Assembly: GCA_951406725.2 (NCBI GenBank)
Contig: OX597818.1
Coordinates: 46,872,001 to 46,936,000, forward strand
From: Octopus vulgaris
Taxonomy: Eukaryota
Reading direction: 5' to 3'
DNA: 64,000 nucleotides
Below are positions 58,147 through 64,000 of the stretch, piece after piece. Every line of letters begins with the position of its first letter. The stretch's first letter is position 1. The translations under genes were made by a program, and so were the position numbers. A model generated the notes under the pieces. The model had not been told where the DNA came from, searched no databases, and worked only from the letters and a program-made list of their open reading frames with translations.

Positions 58147-61100
58147 CTGAGAAAAGTAAGAATCAATTTGTCAGCATCTTATTTTCTTTTTCCTTATATT
58201 AAAATTATGCTAAATTTTCTGATATAATTAGATTTATAAACTGTTTTAATTAAAATACCTGACTTGTATTATTAGCATTTACAAAATCTCTGGAGTGAAA
58301 ATATAAATTATGTTATGATTGACTGAGATTTCTTTTATAGGCATTGAACAATCAGTTGTATCAGTTGAAACATTGCCAGATCAGACTGGGCCTGGTGCAG
58401 CCTTCTGGCTTCCCAGACCCCAGTTGAACAGTCCAACTCATGCTAGCATGGAAAGCGGACGCTAAACGATGATGATGATCAATACACCTATCTCAAAAAC
58501 ATGGCAACACACACACTGTGTCTACAAGTGAAGGCACATGGTCTAGTGGTTAGAGTGTTGCACTTATGATCATGAGATTGTGGTTCCAGACCAGGTGGTG
58601 CATTGTGTTCTTGAGCTAAACACTTCATTTCACATTGCTGTGATCATTCTGACATCTGACACACACTTCTGCACCCGTACAGTCAATTTGATGGAGAGAG
58701 TGAGCTTATGTGAACACAAACATTTGATCACTACAAACAAATCACCTGTGTGGTTGTTTAGCAAGAAATTGTGGAGCCCTTGTCCATTGTTTAATGGTAG
58801 GAGAGTTCATTACATGGACATCCTGGCCACAGGAATCTTTTAAGCTGGTAAATTGGCAGATCATTGAATGAAATATTGTTATATTTCGGAAGGGTCATTT
58901 TGCCAGTTTAGCCAATAAAAACACACGCACTATATATTTGGTGTTACTTTGCTTCAGTGTTATTTATTTTTTACATTAATCTTAATCTTATTTCGGCCAG
59001 AGTTCTTTCGTCACACTCCTGTGACCATTCCGAAATATGACGAAAGAACTCTGGCCGAAATAAGATTAAGATTAATGTAAAAAATAAATAACACTGAAGC
59101 AAAGTAACACCAAATATATAGTGCGTGTGTTTTTATTGGCTAAACTGGCAATATGACCATTCCGAAATATAACAATATCTGTTTCAACACACGACTTCAC
59201 ATAAAAAATCTTGCACAACAAATATATAAATGTATTGAATTAAATTTTTGTGGTATTTGATTATGTGCTTTGATGCCAAGGATCAAGTATAATCAACCAA
59301 ATACTTGAAAGCAGTGCCACAGCATGGTTATAGTCAAATGACTGATGGAAATAAAATTTAGATTACTTAAATGTTGTCAGCAAAATAAAATGCTTAATTG
59401 CAATAGAATATGTATGGAAAAATGCAGTTTCTTTTTTGTTTTAAGCATCAAGGAGTGGTTGTGTGGTAAGTAGCTTGTTTACCAACCACATGGTTCCGGG
59501 TTCAGTCCCACTGCGTGGCACCTTGGGCAAGTGTCTTCTACTATAGCCTCGGGCCGACCAAAGCCTTCTGAGTGGATTTGGTAGACGGAAAACTGAAAGA
59601 AGCCCGTCATATATATGTGTGTGTGTGTATGTTTGTGTGTCTGTGTTTGTCCCCCTAGCATTGCTTGACAATGTTTATGTCCCCGTAACTTAGCGGTTCG
59701 GCAAAAGAGTCCGATAGAATAAGTACTGGGCTTACAAAAGAATAAGTCCCGGGGTCGAGTTGCTCGATTCAAGGTGGTGCTCCAGCATGGCCACAGTCAA
59801 ATGACTGAAACAAGTAAAAGAGTAAAAGAGTAAGAGTAAGTACTTACCTAAAAGTGCTAAGTTGTGTTCTGCTCCACAGCATAGCTGTTTAACTTTTAAG
59901 CCTAGATCTTCCACAATGCAAGGTTTTGGATCACAGTTTTTGTATGTAAGATCTGTAGGCCTACCTAATTGCCCATAGTCACAACGGCCCCAACTAATTA
60001 CTTGGTGTTTTTCTGAAATAAAACAAAGGTGAAGATATGGACTAAACAACAGCAAAAGCAAACCTTTTGCATATATCATTTGTGAACAAAGATAAAGTTA
60101 CACCAACAAATTGGTTTTTCAAGCAATACCATTTAAATATCAAAAGCCCAATCAGTTAAATAGTCATCTAATTTGATCTAAAAGGTTTCAGGGATTCACA
60201 ATAGATGTCCCAGGAAACACAAATATTTGAATATCATTGCTGAAGCAAATAAAAGACTACACTATTAGATGGAAACTAGCAGTCAAATCTATGGGCTGTA
60301 AATGTGGTTAAACTTGGTGCTTTACTATTATACCTCTCAACACATCCACCTCTGTTGAGAGGTCGTGTCTTGCAAATTCTTTGTGACCAGACTTGTACTG
60401 GTGCCACTTAAAAAGCACCAAGTACAGTCTATAAAGTGATAGGCATTAGGAAGGACACCCAACCATTGAAACCATGCCAAAGCAGACACTGGAGTCTTCT
60501 GATTCATTGGCTCCTGTCAAACTCACACTAGCGTGAAATACAGATGTTAAATGATTATGATAATAATGAGGCCTTACTACAATTAAAAGCAAGACCAGGA
60601 AGGAATTAACAAAATTAATTAATTGGTACTATAACACAAGTGAATTCAAAGACCCAGGCTTTAGTGTTCTGACAGTGCTGATAATAAATGAAATTTTGAG
60701 ACTGCTCTTTATATAAACTAACTTACCCAGTATAAAATAAGATGGTAGTTAACATTCCCCAGAATTTTATTCCTTCAAATGCCATGGAAACTTAGTAAAC
60801 AACCCAATGAGTTATAGGACGCAAGACTGTACTTACTTTATTACATCTGTATGTTGTGTAATGTTACTTTTATATTTGTAATAAAAACAGATCACAGTGA
60901 ATTTAATTGCTGAACATCAAAATAAACGTATTGCAATATTCAATCATTTCAGTATTGATTTCAAATCCTACAAATATCAATTTTGCTTTTTAAACCATCC
61001 ACCAAGTTTGATAGGTCGAGTGTCATATATCTAAATAGACTGGGGTCAATTCAATTAACTAAGGTTCACATGAAAATTTGATGACTACCAAATCAAAAGA

Positions 61101-62739
61101 GATCAATATTAAGTAAAATAAAAAATTGATTCACACACACTGATATAAAAAAATAAATAGGTAAAAACAAGAATTTACCTGTCAAAACTAGGAAATGAGA
61201 CCAACCACTATGTAATTCTCGGATAATATCGTTTTCACTGAGTGGGAATTGGCAGGAAGAAATTTTATAAGGTTCTGTTAACATCTTCACTTCCATGTTT
61301 GTACTTTGGCCATATTTATTACATCCCCAAACACAAATACTGCCATCTTCTATAAAATAGAAAACTGAGCATTAAAATACATCACAGTTATTAGCTATAT
61401 AACATAGTTGGTCATGACACTTTTGAAATTGTTAAGTAAAAAATGTGTTCTCTTTCCTGGAAATTATAGTTCAGCAGATATTTCTTCTTTTTAAATGTTA
61501 AATAGTTCCTCTCAAGAGTGTAAAGGGAACTGGTTGCTTCTTTACACTTTTGGAGTGCAACTTGGGTGCAACACAATTTCCTTTCTTTTTGTTTCTAGAA
61601 ACTACCAGTCAGGAACATGACGTCACTACAAAGGTGACGTTCCGCACACGCACACTGAGCACACTGAAGAATGACGTTGCGTGTGCGCACACTGGAATAT
61701 GACGTCACTACAAGAGTTTATTGCTATTCTTGGTTCAGTAAATAATTAAAAAATAGCTACTTCTTAATTTTGATCTGTGCTATCCCTAAGAATATAACAT
61801 TTTTGCCATTTCTACCTTTATGAAGAGGTCACAATGCCAATAAGGAATAGATGTCAGCTTTCAACCAGATTCCATCATTGTTAATTTTGTGGCAAAATGT
61901 AAAGAAATATGCCTTTTGACCAATAAAAAGAATGTGGTTTGGTTGTATGCAAAGCTAAATTGAAGTAAATACTTTGGTGGTTTATATTCAGATCAAATTT
62001 TGTCACATAAGAATGTATAAAACCCTACACATGGCACCTGAATATAGATAAACTAATCAGTAAGGTCAGCACTGACACTAGGCCCAGCTGTCAGGTGGAT
62101 AAGAGTATTATAACCCTTAGTGTAGAAATAACAGTTCCTAGTTTGAATCCTGTCTGGTACAATGAATACATCTGATAACACTTCGAGATCAAACTGATTG
62201 AAACAGCATTTATATAATATATTTTAATCCCAAAAGTTTGAAAAATTATAACCTTAGTTTGATTGTGAAAAGGTATGAGACAACTTCACCATAGGTGGAG
62301 GCACATGGCCTAGTGGTTAGAGCAGTAGACTCGTGGTCAAGGGATCGCGGGTTCAAATCTCAGACCAGGCGATGTGGGTGTTTATGAGTGAAAAAAAACC
62401 TAAGATCCACGTGGCTCCGGCAGAAGGTAGTGGCGAACTTCTGCTGACTCTTTCACCACAACTTTCTCTCACTCTTTCCTCCTGCATCTTGCAGCTCATC
62501 TGCGACAGACCGGTGTCCCATCCAGGTGGGGAACCTATACGCCAAGAAACTGGGAAACCAGCCCTTATGAGCCAGGCATGGCTCGAGAAGGAACAAACAA
62601 CAACAACAACTTCACCATGAATAAAGAGCCATTTTTAAGTGACTACACAAAAAAGCTATAATTACTAATTACTTACTTAATAAAGCTCCACTGTGAAAAG
62701 CTCCAGCAACCAAAGACTGTACACCAGAGATGCTATTCA
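57983..62739 (-). CDS. SERGEF: Secretion-regulating guanine nucleotide exchange factor (DelGEF; RCC1-repeat beta-propeller), 3' part; 5' exons not found and presumably beyond the window
   Basis: Four phase-1 exons (62739-62677, 61349-61179, 60012-59848, 58146-57983) give ..LVAGAFHSGALLKDGSICVWGCNKYGQ..LHSGWSHFLVLTEKHQVISWGRCDYGQLGR..LCCGAEHNLALLECGSLVCWGWNEHGMCGNG..GAGTGHSFALCSN*. WGR.DYGQLGR and WGWNEHGMCG are SERGEF signatures. Confidence 0.92.
58873..59233. mobile_element. Long near-perfect palindromic insertion (141-bp arms) in the last SERGEF intron, Penelope-like
   Basis: Arms 58873-59013 and 59038-59178 with 2 mismatches and a 24-nt spacer; flanking ATTGAAT(G/T)AAAT direct repeat (58863-74, 59234-45). 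Confidence 0.8.
59848..60012 (-). CDS. SERGEF: SERGEF penultimate exon (one RCC1 repeat)
   Basis: KHQVISWGRCDYGQLGRP...QLCCGAEHNLALL. Confidence 0.95.
61179..61349 (-). CDS. SERGEF: SERGEF internal exon (one RCC1 repeat)
   Basis: DGSICVWGCNKYGQSTN...RELHSGWSHFLVLT. Confidence 0.93.
61617..61713. promoter_or_regulatory. Cluster of CRE/ATF motifs in a SERGEF intron (function unproven)
   Basis: TGACGTCA at 61618-25 and 61700-07, TGACGT at 61635-40 and 61672-77; locally CpG-rich. Confidence 0.3.
62677..62739 (-). CDS. SERGEF: SERGEF internal exon
   Basis: tttttAG..GTAAGT on the - strand; NSISGVQSLVAGAFHSGALL. Confidence 0.88.
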
Positions 62740-64000
62740 CTAAAAACCAAAAATAAAGTATTTCTTTAGTTTTGTGTAGTTGAACATTTTTTTGAGTTCA
62801 TGGAATTTTAAAAATGATCATAAAATCATGGATTCTAAATAATCATTTATAAATCTGAACTGAAGGTCAAAAATCGGTAAAAATTTTTTGATAACAATTT
62901 GCAGACATTGGCATATCAAAGTTTCTTGATCTATCCTGACATGTTGCATGATCTTTTTGAACAAAACACTTATTCAAATATTTCGTTTTTGGATTAAAAC
63001 TATTGAAAAGGTTGCAAGACGCAACAAAAATTTTAGGAAAATAAAAATAAGAAAAAAGTAGAAAATTTTACCGGTGAGTATGTTACATTATGACGCAATG
63101 AAAATTTTAGGAAAATAAAAATAAGAAAAAAGTGGAAATTTTACCGGTGAGTGTGTTACATTATAAGGCACAAAAAGAAAATGGCTCTCCCCAGACACAA
63201 CAGAACTTATTCAAATGGTATCAATTGTTGCCAGTTCACTGCATTAACCATGTCTGGGTCGTTTGCTGTTTGATAGATGGGAGGATTATTACCTTGCTTG
63301 GAAACAGGTGAGAGTTGGCAATAGAAAGGACATCCAGCTATAGAAAAACTACCAATGAATTCTGTCTGACCCTTGCAAGTATGGATAAGTAAATGCTTTG
63401 GCACCCGGCAGTTGCCAGAGCCACTGGACTAACTCCTGTGCAGGTGGCAAGTAAAGAAACACCGTTTCGACCCTGTGCTTGAGGAGTCCTATTGAGTCAA
63501 GTACATCAACATCAAAAATCAATGGAAATTGTAGTTGTGATCCCTGTGCCGGTGGCACGTAAAAAGCACCATCCGAACGTGGCCAATGCCAGCGCCGCCT
63601 TGACTGGTTTCCATGCCGGTGGCATGTAAAAAGCACCCACTACACTCACGGAGTGGTTGGCATTAGGAAGGGCATCTAGCTGTAGAAACACTGCCAGATC
63701 AGACTGGAGCCTGGTGCAGCCTTCTGGCTTCCCAGACCCCAGTCGAACCGTCCAACCCATGCTAGCATGGAAAACGGACGTTAAACGATGATGATGATGA
63801 TGACGATGAAGATATATTCACAGCAGACTCTTGCACAGTTTCTATCTATCAAATTTCTTTCATACATTAGTTAATTCAAGCTAAAATAAAAGATGCCTAC
63901 TCAAGGTACCATACAGTGGTACTGAACTCAGAATCAAACTTCTTAGCCAGCCATACCTGTACCTATTGAACTATATTTCCATACTGAAAAGCAAAAGATT

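Noticed and set aside
60727-60790. Possible extra SERGEF exon with a GTAAGT donor
   Set aside because: It is 64 nt and would shift the frame, it has no RCC1 similarity, and the flanking exons already join in frame.

Overview
AT-rich, repeat-dense eukaryotic genomic DNA. The SINE and LINE repertoire (tRNA-derived SINEs, RTE LINE tails ending in (GAT)n) is typical of octopod cephalopods, but that taxon call is an inference. The window holds one complete gene on the + strand, VPS18 (HOPS/CORVET subunit). I assembled it by hand from 29 phase-compatible coding exons (15812..57645; 2913 nt, 970 aa). Converging on it from the - strand are the last four exons of the RCC1-repeat gene SERGEF/DelGEF (62739..57983). 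The two stop codons are only 337 nt apart and the candidate poly(A) signals face each other. VPS18 intron 10 (31192..34149) is a minor-spliceosome (U12) intron whose best in-frame reading has non-canonical AT-AA ends. Introns and flanks are filled with decayed CR1-like, RTE and Rex3/Expander-like LINEs, pogo/Tigger, mariner, hAT and piggyBac-like DNA elements and SINEs. There are also several young long palindromes that look like Penelope pseudo-LTRs, with hammerhead-ribozyme motifs in or near such sequence. I see no CRISPR array, rRNA or genuine tRNA gene. Most ORFs in the supplied track are repeat-derived or spurious.
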